From the human T2T-CHM13v2.0 reference genome, Homo sapiens, in assembly GCA_009914755.4 (NCBI GenBank), contig CP068257.2, positions 42,976,001 to 43,040,000 of the forward strand: DNA of 64,000 bases, read 5' to 3'. Position numbers and translations under genes: made by a program. Every line of letters begins with the position of its first letter. The first letter of the stretch is position 1. This document shows, in pieces, positions 1 through 11,611 of the stretch. The notes beneath the pieces were generated by a model. That model did not search any database, was not told the DNA's origin, and worked only from the letters and a program-made list of their open reading frames with translations.

Positions 1-1483
1 TTTTTTTTTTTTTTTTAATTTATTCTGGTTTTTTGGAACCATTTGAAATTCAGTGCTGTAGCCACATGGCGGCACCTCCCCCGGGTCTCTCTGCAGGTGC
101 CTCCTGGAAGTGAGGGCTTTCTCCCGCCTGCCCACAGCGAGTGCAGCTGAAGATGGCCAACTTCTATATATATATAGTTATCAAAAGAAGCAGAACATCA
201 TGCAACAGTCGTATCCAAATTTCCCAAAAAGCTCCCCAAATTGGAATCAGATAGGTCTGTGCACTGCCCTGGTGACCCTGACGTTCTCGTCTCATTTAAC
301 CCAGGAGCGTCCTCCCGGGACCAGACCCTGAGCATTCTGGACACTGCTGGGAGGTCTTCATCAAGGAAAACACGCCCATGAGACAACTACTTCAGGCGGG
401 GCCGCCAGGGACGCCAAAGCCACTGTCAGGAGGTGCTTGAGCAACAGGGTGTCCCCACAGTGCCACATCCCCCAGCGGAGGCCACACAGAGAAGACCACC
501 CCATCGCCACAGACAGAGGTCGGCAGCACCTGGGCAGAGTGCAGCGTGTCGGCGGGCACCTCCCAGCGGGGCTTCCTATGTGTCACTGCACACATGCTTA
601 GGCTCTCAGCCCGAGGCCACATCTGTTCGATGCAGGCAAAGGCAGCTGCCCCAGATCCCTGCCAGGGTCACCTCTGCTCTAACAACATGACAGCAGGGAA
701 CAAACCCCAGGGGAGGTGGACGCTCTCACGGTGCCCTTTTGTCTCTAAAGCGGGGAGAGATCTTACAATTCTTCTTTTTCTCTGCCAGGATGTTGCCTTG
801 GGGGTGGGCACCTCCCTTCTCCACCCCACACCACCTTCCACACAACCACAGACACAAGGCTGGGGCACTGGCCCAAATGTCACAGGTGTGCAGCCACAGG
901 GCTCTTACCTTTCACAGCCTGTCAGCCCCCGACCCTGGTTCCCCAGTCCCTCACCATGCTGCCTGGCCCTGCCTCCTCCTCCTCCCTGCCAGGTGCCTTC
1001 CAGAGCTTCACAGCCTCCTTCTCCACCTCCCACAACTCCAGTCCCTCTTCTCAGATCAGTGGGGCAAGCCTGGCTTTGTTTACCTGGAACCCGAGACCCT
1101 GCCCTGGTCAGCACCCAATTCGAGAGCTCTGCTCAGCAGTGAGAATGAGACACCGTGACAATGCGGCTGTGCACCGGACACCTGGCTCAGCGCAGGCAGC
1201 GCACGGACAGAGTCTGCGGTGTGACCACACCAAGCAGCCCTAAGGCAGCACGTGCCCGCACAAGCCTCAGCCTCTGCTCCGGTCACGCCTGCCCACTTGG
1301 GTGTATTTTTTGTCTGACTTTTGCTTCTGGGGCCGAACAACCCAGCGAATTCAACACAGCCCCAAGGCTGGGCTAAAAGTTCCTGGGAGGAACACGCGCC
1401 ACAGCCTAGACACCCACCAGGAAAAGCAACCAGGAAAGGAGGGTGCAGTGGGGAACCCTGCTAGAAAACACACATGGGGGGTC

Positions 1484-1642
1484 TCTAAAACCCCAAGGGC
1501 CCCAAGCACCTCACTCACTCACCCACTCACTCACCTCACTCACCCACTCATGCCTCCCCCAGCTCACCTCCTCCACACCCCCAGCATGGCCACGTCCACC
1601 ATGTTCATCTCCTCTAGCACTTGCACTGACTCCTGGCAGGTG
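1484..1642 (+). pseudogene. KRTAP10-family gene remnant: degenerate TATA (tctaaaa at 1484), CACTCAC-type 5'UTR, ATG at 1586 and first 19 codons (MATSTMFISSSTCTDSWQV), with the rest of the CDS deleted
   Basis: Sequence 1478-1642 is colinear with the promoter, 5'UTR and first codons of the three intact KRTAP10 genes (ccagcatggccrcgtccaccatg...gactcctggcaggtgg). Homology to the CDS stops at 1642 and resumes with the 3' flank of the paralog. Confidence 0.7.
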
Positions 1643-1930
1643 GCAGAGGCCCCAGCTGTGCTGGGAGGTGGGACATGGGGGGACACTTGGGCTCCAGCTG
1701 TCCCAGCGCTCAGGGAGTTCTACTCAGGGACAGCTTGGGCATCCTGGCCTCCTGTGCATGCTCACAGATGCTCAGGGGCGCCCTCTGCTCCAGCCCCAGG
1801 CTTGCCGCTGGGATGCAGAACAGAGAACAGACACACGGCCTCTGGAATTCCCTGTGCTGGGCTGGGTGGGCGGAGGGCCCCAATGGCAGAGGAAGTCCAG
1901 GACAGCGTGGGGACACATGCAGACCAGAGG
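1643..1930 (+). repeat. Segmental-duplication block paralogous to 13148-13465 (3' flank of the KRTAP10 gene at 11612)
   Basis: About 85-90% identity by eye (gccccagctgtgctgggaggtggga...gcttgccgctgggatgcaga.cagagaacagacac...ccctgtgctgggctgggtgg). Confidence 0.75.
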
Positions 1931-2524
1931 GTGAGAGAAACACATGGACACACAGGTCCAGTTGTAGCCAGATGTGGTTTCAAACAGGATTGAGCAACAG
2001 ATTCCTAGAAATACAACTGCAGGCAAGGGATGCTGGCAAGGTGTGGCCGTGACCAGGTTGCCTGCAAGAGGCCCTGAGTCTTTACTTCTTAAGAGCTATA
2101 CAATCACAATGCTGGGGGCACACGTTATTCTTTCTTTGCCAATTTAATAAAGAAAAATATCTTATGGTTTTCTTCAGCAAGCTGCGCAGTGTTCCAAAGC
2201 GTGAACACGCTGCACTTGATGTCTGCAATGCCAGGTGGATGGCACTGAATGTCTCTCTAGTTGTTCTTTATTACAAACGACACTTCTGTGTGTGTTTCCA
2301 CTATATACCTTTCCACACTCAGATATGTGTTTGCCTAAATTCCTAAAAGTGGCACTTCTAAGCTGGAGTGTTAGCAGATTTCAAATTCATAAAGATATTT
2401 AGAAATACCCTCAAAAAGAGTGTCCAAACTGTGCCTGCTAAGACCGATGACAGAGGAAATGGTGGAGCGGGGAACTGTAAGGGCCTGTCCCTCCACAGAA
2501 CATCAGAAACTGGCAAAACAAACA

Positions 2525-2888
2525 GATATGGTTGGACTTTTTGTCCCCATCCAAATCTCATCTTGAACTGTCATCCCCAGGTGTTGAGGGAGAGACCTGG
2601 TGGGAAGTGATTGGATCATGGAGTTGGTTTCCCCCATGCTGTTGTAGTGATAGTGAGTTCTCACCAGATCTGACAGTTTTATAAAGCAGTTTTCCCTGCT
2701 CTCACTTGCTTCTCTCTCGTGCCACCATGTGAAGAAGGTCCTTGCTTCCCCATTGCCTTCCACCATGACTGTAAGTTTCCTGAGGCCTCCCCAGCCATGT
2801 GAAACTGAGTCAATCAAAGTTCTTTCCTTTATTAATTACTCAGTCTTGGATAGTATCTTTATAGCAGTGTGAAAAAGGACTAATACAC
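2525..2888 (+). mobile_element. MaLR solo LTR (THE1/MST-like)
   Basis: Starts with gatatggttgg...cccatccaaatctcatcttgaa and ends ...ctttatagcagtgtgaaaaaggactaatacac, the canonical THE1/MST LTR termini. Confidence 0.7.
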
Positions 2889-3169
2889 AAACAAACAAAC
2901 ACTACCTGGTAAAATCAACTTTATCCAAACTCTGGAAAATGGTCAAAGCTTTGCAGCAAGCAAGGGAACACATAATCAAGTAAAAGCAACAGAGCCCAAT
3001 AGGAGAACCTTGTGGATTTTAACTTCCCCTTGCCCCATCCCCCATCCCCAGCTGGGTGACAGTCAGGAAGGCAGCAGCCGGAGTTCCTGGTGTGGGGTGC
3101 TGCTGCCAGGGAAGCAGAGTGGACCTTGTTTGTAAGGCAGTGCAGTTGCCTGTTTCGACCGTCTGGTGG

Positions 3170-5850
3170 CTCCCTGAAGGACTAACACACAGGGCTTGCC
3201 TTATTTCACCAACTCAGACTATCTCAAGGTAGAGGAGCAGCTATATGGAGGGTGTGTGTTACAACGTTTAAAGGTAAATGAACAAGTCACTGACACCTAA
3301 GTCAAAAATTTTCAGTTGGGAAAACACTGGACACCCCTAAAAAGCCTGGGAGGAAAAGCTAGGAGATGACATGCTTTGAGGAATAAGGGAGTTAGAAGGT
3401 TCCACATATTTTTAGAGTCCAGAAAGCCCCCGTGCATGTCTATGATGGGGCACTGGCTCAGAAAAGAGCTGAGAAGCTCTCATTGCTCACCTCTGGCTGA
3501 ACCTCAGGCTCTGAGCAAGCAGGAAGTGAAGGTGCAAGCAGGAAGTGAAGGTGCAAGCAGGAAGTGAAGGGGAAGGCAGAGTCACAAACTCCCCAGCCGA
3601 GTGCTGAAGGCGTGGACCAACATACAGAGCCCAGCTACAAACCCTGAAGAAAAATAAGTTTTTGATTCCAGGGGTTTAAGGAACTCTCTGTCAAATTACT
3701 ATCTCAGCACTAAGCTAATAGAACAGTGAGCACACATGGTGAAGAAACTATTTTTAAAAACTGACAGAAACAAACAAAAACAACCACAATCCACAACAAT
3801 CAGCAACAGCAAACTGCGCAGAGGGAGGAGAGCCTGATACCCAGAAATATCCCATTGTAATTGTCACTGTGCAGTTTTCACCAGAGGCATGTGCCATGCA
3901 AAGCAGCAAGAAATATAAGCTACTCATGAGGAGGAAAAGCAATTAATGGAAAATCTTCCTGAGGAAGCCCAGAATTGGACTTATTAGACAAAGCCTTTCA
4001 ATCAACTCTCTTAAACATGTTTAAAAAACTAAATACAATCACAGACAATGAATTAAGATAAACCAGGAGAATGATACCTCACCAAATAGAGAATATCAAT
4101 AAAGAGATAGGAGGAAATTTAAAAAGAAATTAAATAGAAGTTCTGGAATTGGAAAGTACAGTCACTGAAATAAATAACTCATGATATGGTTTCAACAGCA
4201 GATTTTAGCAGCTATAAGAATTAGTGAACAAGAAGATAGATCCATTGAAGTATTCTTGTCTGAGGAGTAGATGAGAAAATGAGGAGCAGATGAGAGAATG
4301 AATAAAAATAAACAAATCTGAAAAGACCTGTGGGACACCATCAAGCATACCAACACACTTAGCAGGATTTCCAGTTGGAGGGGAGACAGTGGGAGCAGAA
4401 AAAATAGTTGAAGAAATAATGGCCCAAACTTCCAGAATTGAGGAAACACATCAATCTAACTCAGAGGGATTCACATAAAAACACAGTATAATCAAACTCT
4501 CAAAAGTCAAAACAAAGAGAGAATGTAAAAAGCAGTGGGACGGAAGACTAACAGCGGATTTCTCATCAGAAACCATGGAGGCCAGAACGCGTTGGGATGA
4601 CATATTTAACATGCTGGGTTTGGGCACAGGGGTGGGGAGCACCCAACAACCAAAAAGACGTCTTCATCTGGCAAAGTGATCCTTCAAAAGTGAAGAAGTA
4701 ACACATTTTGAGGTAAATAAAACCTGAGAGCTCGTTGCTGAAAGATGTCCCTTACAAGAAATGCTAATTCAGGCTGAAATACAAAGGCAGTCGATAGTAA
4801 GCTAAAGCAATATGAATGAAGAAAGGTCAACAGCAAAGGTAGCCATGTTGGTAGTTTGTATGTTTATAGGAGTTTTTCCATTACATCTTGGTTATCTAAT
4901 TTGTTGGGTACAAATATTCATAGTATTCCTTTATAATTATTTTTATTAACGTAAGGTCAGTAGTGATGTTCCCATTTTCATTTACGATTTTAGTTATTTG
5001 AATCTGTCTTCCTTTAATCAGTCTAGACAGAGGTTTGTCAAATCTGTTGCTCTTCTCAAAGAACCAACTTTTTTGTTCCTTGATTCGATTGATTTTTAAA
5101 ATTTCTATTCCATTTATCTGCACTCTAGTCTTTATTTTCTACCTTCTGCTAAATTTGGATTCACTTTGCTCTTTTTCTAGTTCCTTAAGGTGTAAAGTTA
5201 AATTAATGATTTGAGATGTTTCTATTTTTTTATGTAAGCATTCCTAGCTATCAATTTCCCTCTATGTACTGCCTTCATTGCATCTCGTTAAGTTTTGGGT
5301 TACTGTGATTTCTTTCTCATTCCTTTCCAAGAGTTTTCTATCTTCTCTTTGAATTCTCCTTTGACCAATTGGTTGTTTGAAAGTGTGCTATTAGGTTACA
5401 CATATTTGTGAATTCCAGCTTTTCTTTTGTTACTGATTTCTAGTTTCCTTCCATTGTAATCAGAGAAGATACTCTGTATGATTCAAATCAATTTAGATTA
5501 TTGAGGCTAGTTTTGTGGCCTAAGGTAAAATCTAATCTGAAGAATGTCCCATGTGAACTTGAGGAGAGTGAGTTTTCTGCTGTAGTTGGGTTGTGTGTTT
5601 TTGCACATATCTGTTAGACCCAGTAGATTTATGTCATTTTTCAAGTCCTCTATTTCCTTATTGAATAAAAATTTAGTTCTGTTATTTTACACTTTTTTAA
5701 ATTAGAGAGAATGGCTTATTGAAGTCTCAAACTCTTACTGTAGAACTGGAACTGTCTATTTCTTTCTTCAAATCTGTCCATTTTTGTTTCATATACATTG
5801 GTGATCTGATGATAAACATGTATATATTTATAATTGATATATCTTATTGA
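3170..5850 (+). repeat. Segmental-duplication block paralogous to 14709-18400. Contains an LTR-like element with a minisatellite, and old LINE-1 sequence (ORF1-like + strand 3960-4870, antisense ORF2-like 4870-5830).
   Basis: Colinear matches: cctgaaggactaacacacagggcttgccttatttc; ccacatat...gcccccrtgcatg.c.atgatggggcac; L1 ORF1-like text (cagcggatttctcatcagaaaccatggaggccagaa); aggtttgtaaat/caaatctgttgctcttctcaaagaaccaac. Confidence 0.65.
3515..3578. repeat. Minisatellite (GCAAGCAGGAAGTGAAGGT), about 3 copies
   Basis: Direct tandem copies visible. The paralog at 15049-15153 is longer. Confidence 0.8.
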
Positions 5851-7233
5851 TGGATGGACATTAATCACTACATAATGTCCTGTGGGCCCAGCCCCCGCCG
5901 ATCAGTCTGCTCCAGCTTCTGTATGACAGTGGCTTCCTCATCAGGCTCCTTTCCTGGCCTATGGCTGGCCCCTCCCCAGTAGGGCCATCATGTCCCCAGG
6001 TAACATCCACGTGGCCCCCTGGGCAGCACATATCATTCCTCAGTTGCTCTCACTAGAAGCCAATACTTCAGGCCCCACTTCCTAAGGTCTGGAAAATTAT
6101 GGCAGCCTAATAAAACAAGCTGATAAATTTAAGACTGGTATTATTTCTCTCCCAGTTGTTTGAGAATATTCAGCAGGGAAAGTATTTGGGTCTGTAGTTG
6201 GCTCTGTAGGAAAGCTTTTGATGTTAGATTCAAGTTATTTAATCAATATGGGATATTTGTATTTTTTTTCCTTTTGTGTGGATTCGGTGTCTTGACAAAT
6301 ATAGACAGTTGTGTCTCCACCAACACAATCAATACATAGACTCCTCTCATCATCCCATACATTTCCCTCATGGCCATTTGTAGTCATTCCACATCCCCAT
6401 CCTAGTCCCTGGCAGCCACTGACATTTTTTTTGGTCCCTTTACAATTACCTTTTCCAAAATGTTATATGCATGGAACCCCATGGTGCTTAGTATTTTGCC
6501 ATATAACATAAGACTTAAATAGACCCTTCCCTAAAGAGCAGGTACAGATGGCAAATAAATACATGAAAACATGCTCCACATCATGAGTCATCAGGGCAAT
6601 ACAAACTTAAACCCCAAAGGACTCTCTCTGTATAGCTGTGTTGACTAAAGTAACAACACATCTGCTGTGCAGGACTGGCAAGAATGTGGGGCTTTGCTGA
6701 TACGTTTGAGCTTAAACCTCCCATCTCATTTTGGTTTTTGCTTACGCAAGGAATCTACTCCCTTTTATCTCCTTGCTTTACTGCTTTTGGATCTAGTGTT
6801 TTGAGATTTTTTATGCCCCCATCTTCCCCTCACTGTATTAGTTCCTTGGGCTGCCACATCAAATGTCACCAAAAAAGTGACTTATAAGAGTGGAAATTTA
6901 TTATCTCGCAGTTCTTAGGGCCAGGCACCTGAAATGAAGATATCCACAGGGCCATGCTTTCTCTTAGCTCCAAGGGAGACTCTGTCCTTGCTGCTTCTAG
7001 TTTCTGGTGCTCCCAGCAAACCTTGGCGTCCCTTGGCTTATAGCTGCCTCATGACAATCTTTGCCTTGGCTGTCATACGCCGTCTTCCCTTTGTGTGTGT
7101 GTTTGAACTTCCTTCTCCTTTCTCTGATAAAGACATTAGTCATTGGATTTAAGGTTCACTATAACCCGGTATGACCTCATTTTAACTAATTTCATCTACA
7201 AAGACCCTATTTCTATGTAAGGTCACATTGTGA

Positions 7234-7642
7234 GTGATATGGTTTGGTTGTATGGCCCTGCCAAATCTCATGTTGAAATGTGATCTCCACTGTTGGAGGT
7301 GGGGCCTTGGGGGAGCTATTTGACTCATGGGAGCGGATCTCTCATGACTTAGTAGTGCTGTCCTTGTGATAGTGAGGGAGTTCTGGCAAGATCTGGTTAA
7401 GCGTGTAGCACCTCCCATCCCCCACTCTCTTTCTCTTGCTACTCTTTTGCCATGTGACATGCCCACTCCCCCTTCACCTTCCACCATGAGCAAAGCTCCC
7501 TGAGGCCTCCCCAGAAGCTGAGCAGATGCCAGCGCCATGTTTCCTGTACAACCTGCAGAACCATGAGCCAACTAAACTTTCGTCTTATAAATTACCCAGT
7601 CTCAAATATTTCTTTATAGCAATGCGAGACCAGCTTAACACA
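7234..7642 (+). mobile_element. MaLR solo LTR (MST/THE1-like)
   Basis: tgatatggtttggttg...ccaaatctcatgttgaaatgtgatc...ctgcagaaccatgagccaactaaac...ataaattacccagtctcaaatatttctttatagcaatgcgagacc. Confidence 0.65.
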
Positions 7643-7649
7643 GTGAGGT

Positions 7650-9400
7650 TCTGGGTGGATATGACTTTTGGGGAGGCAAGATTCAACCCACTACACTCAT
7701 CTACTTCCTCCTGAGTTGTATATTCTTTCATTACTCTAGTGGAGATTACAACATGAATCTATGACTTTTTAAAGTCTAATGTAAATTAGATCTTATATTA
7801 TTTCCCAGATAGTATAGTGTACTAAGACTGCTTTAACTTCATGTAGCCCCCTCCTGAATTTTGTGATCTTCTTGCCATGTATTTCATTTCTATAAATATT
7901 TTACAACTTCTAAGACATCTTATACAGTAAATATTCATTTAGATTTCCCCATGTTGTCCTCCTTTTGTTACACTTCATTTCCTTTTCGACTTCTTGCTTC
8001 CATCTGTGATCATTTTCATTCTGCCTAATTATCTTTTTATTTTCTGTAGTGCAGATCCTACTGGTGACACAACCTCTCAGCATCCAGAGAACATCATTTT
8101 CCTGTCCTCATTTTTGAGGATCTTCTTCCCAGGTGTAGAATTCTAGCTTGGTGCTTCTTTTCTTTCAGACAGTAAATATATCATTCCATCATCCTCTGGC
8201 TGCCATCATTTCTACTGAGAAGTCATCTGTAAATGCTATTGTTGCTTCTTTAAAGGTAATATTTCTTTTTTTTTCCCTTGGCTGTTTTTAAATTTTTCTC
8301 TGTCTTTGGATTTCAGCCCCAATATGCACAGGCATGGTTTCCTTTGTATTCACCTTGCTAAACATTCTTAAATGCTTTTTGCATCTATGGGTTAATGTTT
8401 TTCATCACTTTAAACTTCTTGTCTATTAAACCTTCAAATATTTTACTACCCTTATTTTACTCATCTCCTCCTATGATTTCAACCATTTATATTCATAATT
8501 ATTTACAACATAAGGGCATGCTTACTACTCCACTTTCTTCATTTCCCTCTTTTCTTTCCCATCTCTGTACTCAGGGCTGAATTTCCTCATCTCCCTTTCT
8601 TCACTAATCTTCTCTTTGGTTTTGTCTAATATGTTGTCTAGCTAATCTACTTAGTTCTTAATTTCAGCTATTATGTTCATTTCCAGAATTTCTGTTTGAT
8701 TCCATTTCATAAATCTAGTTTGACACTGAAATTCTCCATTTGTCCTCTGGTTTTTTGAGCAAGCTAATCAGCATTATTTTAAATTCCAGTTTGACAATTC
8801 TAATATCTAAAGGTCCTGTGTATCTGTTTCTCTTGTTTGCTTTTTCCTCTTGGTCCTTTGGTCAGTTGGTTTGTCTTCTAGTAGCCCTAGTAATTTTTGA
8901 CTGAATCCAGGACTTCATGAAAATTTCCAAGATGATTTGAGCCTCTGTTGATGCTGCTGTCTCCAGAAGAGATCACTTTTGTTTCTGGGAGGCACTTAGG
9001 CTACAGGCAGATCATATGAGTTCAATACGAGCTGATTTAAAGGTGGGCTTCATTCTTCTTTCCGTTTTTTCCTTCATCCTAGGGCGTAATCCTTCACTTA
9101 TATTCACTGTTTCCAACTGACAGTCTGTTGTTGTTGTTGTTTTACCAGAATCCCTCCCCCTTGTCAGGTCCTGAACTCTATGTTTTTGTCTTCCAATTGT
9201 ATGAGACTACTAAAAGCTGTGCTCAGCCTCAGCCTCATGGCTGTAGTCTGTGAATCAGTAAATGCCTCAATAAGAAAATCCAGAAGAAATATTAGACTCA
9301 CTTCTGTGCACTTTCCCTCTAATAGGGATTCACTCACTCAAGTCTCAGCTGTCTTGGTGACTCCTGGTGCCCTCAAATAGAGATTTTGTTTGTTAAACCA
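7650..9400 (-). mobile_element. Old LINE-1-like sequence in antisense orientation (low confidence)
   Basis: AT-rich, T-rich strand text typical of antisense L1 ORF1/5' region. No precise alignment possible here. Confidence 0.3.
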
Positions 9401-9760
9401 GGTTTCCTAACTTTTCTCAGCTAGATGGCCAGTCTGATGTCAGCCAATTCCCCACACACAAAAGCAGAACTTGACAGAGAGTTTTATACAGCATAAGAAA
9501 AAGGTAGCATAATGGAATCGTTTTCAGAGGTCAAAATTACTCTTCGATAATTTCTCCAAAAACATTTATTATTTCAGCCCATTTTTATGAAGGATCTTCC
9601 CTATTCCAGGCATTATTTTAGGCCCTCAGAGACTGAGTGGTGAACAAGACAACCACACTTCCTGCCCACATGAAGCTTACCTTTGAAGAATGGGAGCTGA
9701 GCACAGCAAAGAAAATGAGCATGAAAAGTTAGGAGACTTGGCACAGAAATACTGATGATG

Positions 9761-9895
9761 GGCCACGCACGGTGGCTTACGCCTGTAGTCCCAGCAATTT
9801 GGGAGGCCAAGGCAGGAGGATCACTTGAGCCCAGGAGTTCAAGACCAGCTGGGCAACATAGCAAGACTCTGGTCTCTACAAAAAAATTTTTTTTT
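9761..9895 (+). mobile_element. Partial Alu / free Alu monomer
   Basis: ggccacgcacggtggcttacgcctgtagtcccagcaatttgggaggccaaggcaggaggatcacttgagcccaggagttcaagaccagctgggcaacatagcaagactctggtctctacaaaaaaa. Confidence 0.75.
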
Positions 9896-11503
9896 ACAAA
9901 AAGAAATATTGATAATGGGACTTGAATTATCTATGATTGAAGCGTATCATAAAGCTATGGCCTGAAAGAGCAGAACCAAATCCATAGCCCAAAATGGACC
10001 AGTTCAAAACTTTTCTATCCTGTCTGAAACCCAGTCCTATCCCCAGCGTTCCCACATGCAAGTCTGAGTGGACCTCGGGGAAGGCCGCGGGGAGCGGCAT
10101 GGCCTCTCTTTCCTTGCTCCCCTTCTCCCTGTTTTGGGCTCTAATTTCTTCAGTGATGGGGACGGGGGAAGGAATGTGCAGGGCCACCACTGTGGGGCTC
10201 ACTGGCCACTGCTGCACCTTCTCTCCGGCTGCTCCAGTGATCCTGTGCTTCTACCAGCTGCTTCAGTGAGGACCCACTTTAGAGACACCCCCAGGGACAG
10301 TAGCTGGAGGACTCTCTCCCTGGGACACCACACTTTGCGTAAGACTGAAGGGCCACCCCTGCCTCCACAGCCTCCTTCTTACAACCTGGGCAGCACTGGT
10401 GGGGTGTGGCAGCTGGCCATAGCTGGTCAACTTCTGTCTTATTTTAGAAACCCTGTGGGGACAGGTCTGACCCAGAATGTTAGCATTATTTTTAGAATGA
10501 GAGGCCGTTTCCAGCTTTGCCAGATTCACAGCAACAAAGACGTTCTACTCAACATCGTGTAATACGTCTTACTTTATAATGAAATATGCGTATGTGTACT
10601 TGAATTTTTAAATAAAAATGTGAAATCACAATCAATATTATAATTAGCTGCTGGGTAGCAATGTTCCTGGAAAGTGATCAGGGCCATTTTATAAGGCAAG
10701 AAGCTCGGGACTTCATCATGCCCTGTGGTGATAACAATTCATCATCAAAGATCATGCAGCCGTGAGAGTTGCCTGTGGCTGACCTGGGGGTGTGTGATGG
10801 GGCCTGTGGGCAGGGCTGGTGAGAAAAAGATGCTTGCAGTGCAGGGCACACGGAGGAGATGGCTCCAGCAGTGGCGAGGGCTGGCGGCTGCCTGCTGCCT
10901 AGCACAGCTACTTCACGGGTTCAGAACCCGAAACCACAGCCCACGATGCTGCCATTGTGCCTCAGCAAGGAGTGGGCTGAGCCCACGATCCCTGCCCTGG
11001 AACAGAGTCCTGCTGCCTCCCAAGCAAAGGACAGGGTGGGCAATGAACAGAGGGCAGGAGGCACAGAGGCCATGGGGATTAGAAATTGGCGAGTCCTGTG
11101 TCCTACAGCAGGGGAAGGACCATACTAGAGGAGGAGTTTGCACCACAGGAAATAATTCCTAAGGGCCGGCTTCCTGCAGAGGAAGCCCGTGTCCTGAGGC
11201 TGCTGGGGCCAGTGGCTGGACGATGCCCCAGCAACCAAAGATGGCCCCAGGCACATCCCACCCACATCCCACCCACCAGACGCCCACAGCCGTCCTTGCC
11301 TCCAGAACCCAGCTGGGATCAGGCCCACCCCAACTCCTGCCCCTGAGGTTCCACATGCAACAGACTATAGCCCAGGTGTGACAGGAGATTTGTGAGCTGG
11401 GCAATGTCACCAGCAAACAAACATCCCTAATCATGGCAGACGCCGCCTCTCAGCAACAAGGAAGGGGAAGCTGTGGGCCCTGGAACAACAAGGCCAGGAG
11501 GGG

Positions 11504-11510
11504 TATAAAA
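11504..11510 (+). promoter_or_regulatory. TATA box (tataaaa), 108 bp upstream of the KRTAP10 ATG
   Basis: gggtataaaagcc. Colinear TATA in all KRTAP10 copies. Confidence 0.7.
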
Positions 11511-11611
11511 GCCTGAGAGCCCCAAGAACCTCACACACTCACAAACTCACTCACTGACACACTCACACACTCACTTACACCTCCCCCAGCTCACCTCCTC
11601 CCCACCCCAGC

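Noticed and set aside
1301-1993. 230-aa ORF spanning the KRTAP10 remnant
   Set aside because: It reads through the promoter, deletion junction and non-coding 3'-flank paralog. It is only open because of GC-rich sequence, and there is no homology to any KAP beyond the first 19 codons.
3376-3567. Conserved 63-aa ORF present in both duplicated units (also 14910-15101)
   Set aside because: Conservation is at the DNA level because of the segmental duplication. It sits inside an LTR-like repeat and ends in a minisatellite, and there is no coding signature.
11529-11580. CACTCAC direct repeats near KRTAP10 promoters as possible CRISPR-like or prokaryotic repeat arrays
   Set aside because: This is a eukaryotic (primate) sequence with Alus and L1s. 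The repeats are a slippage-type microsatellite in a 5'UTR, with no spacers and no cas genes.
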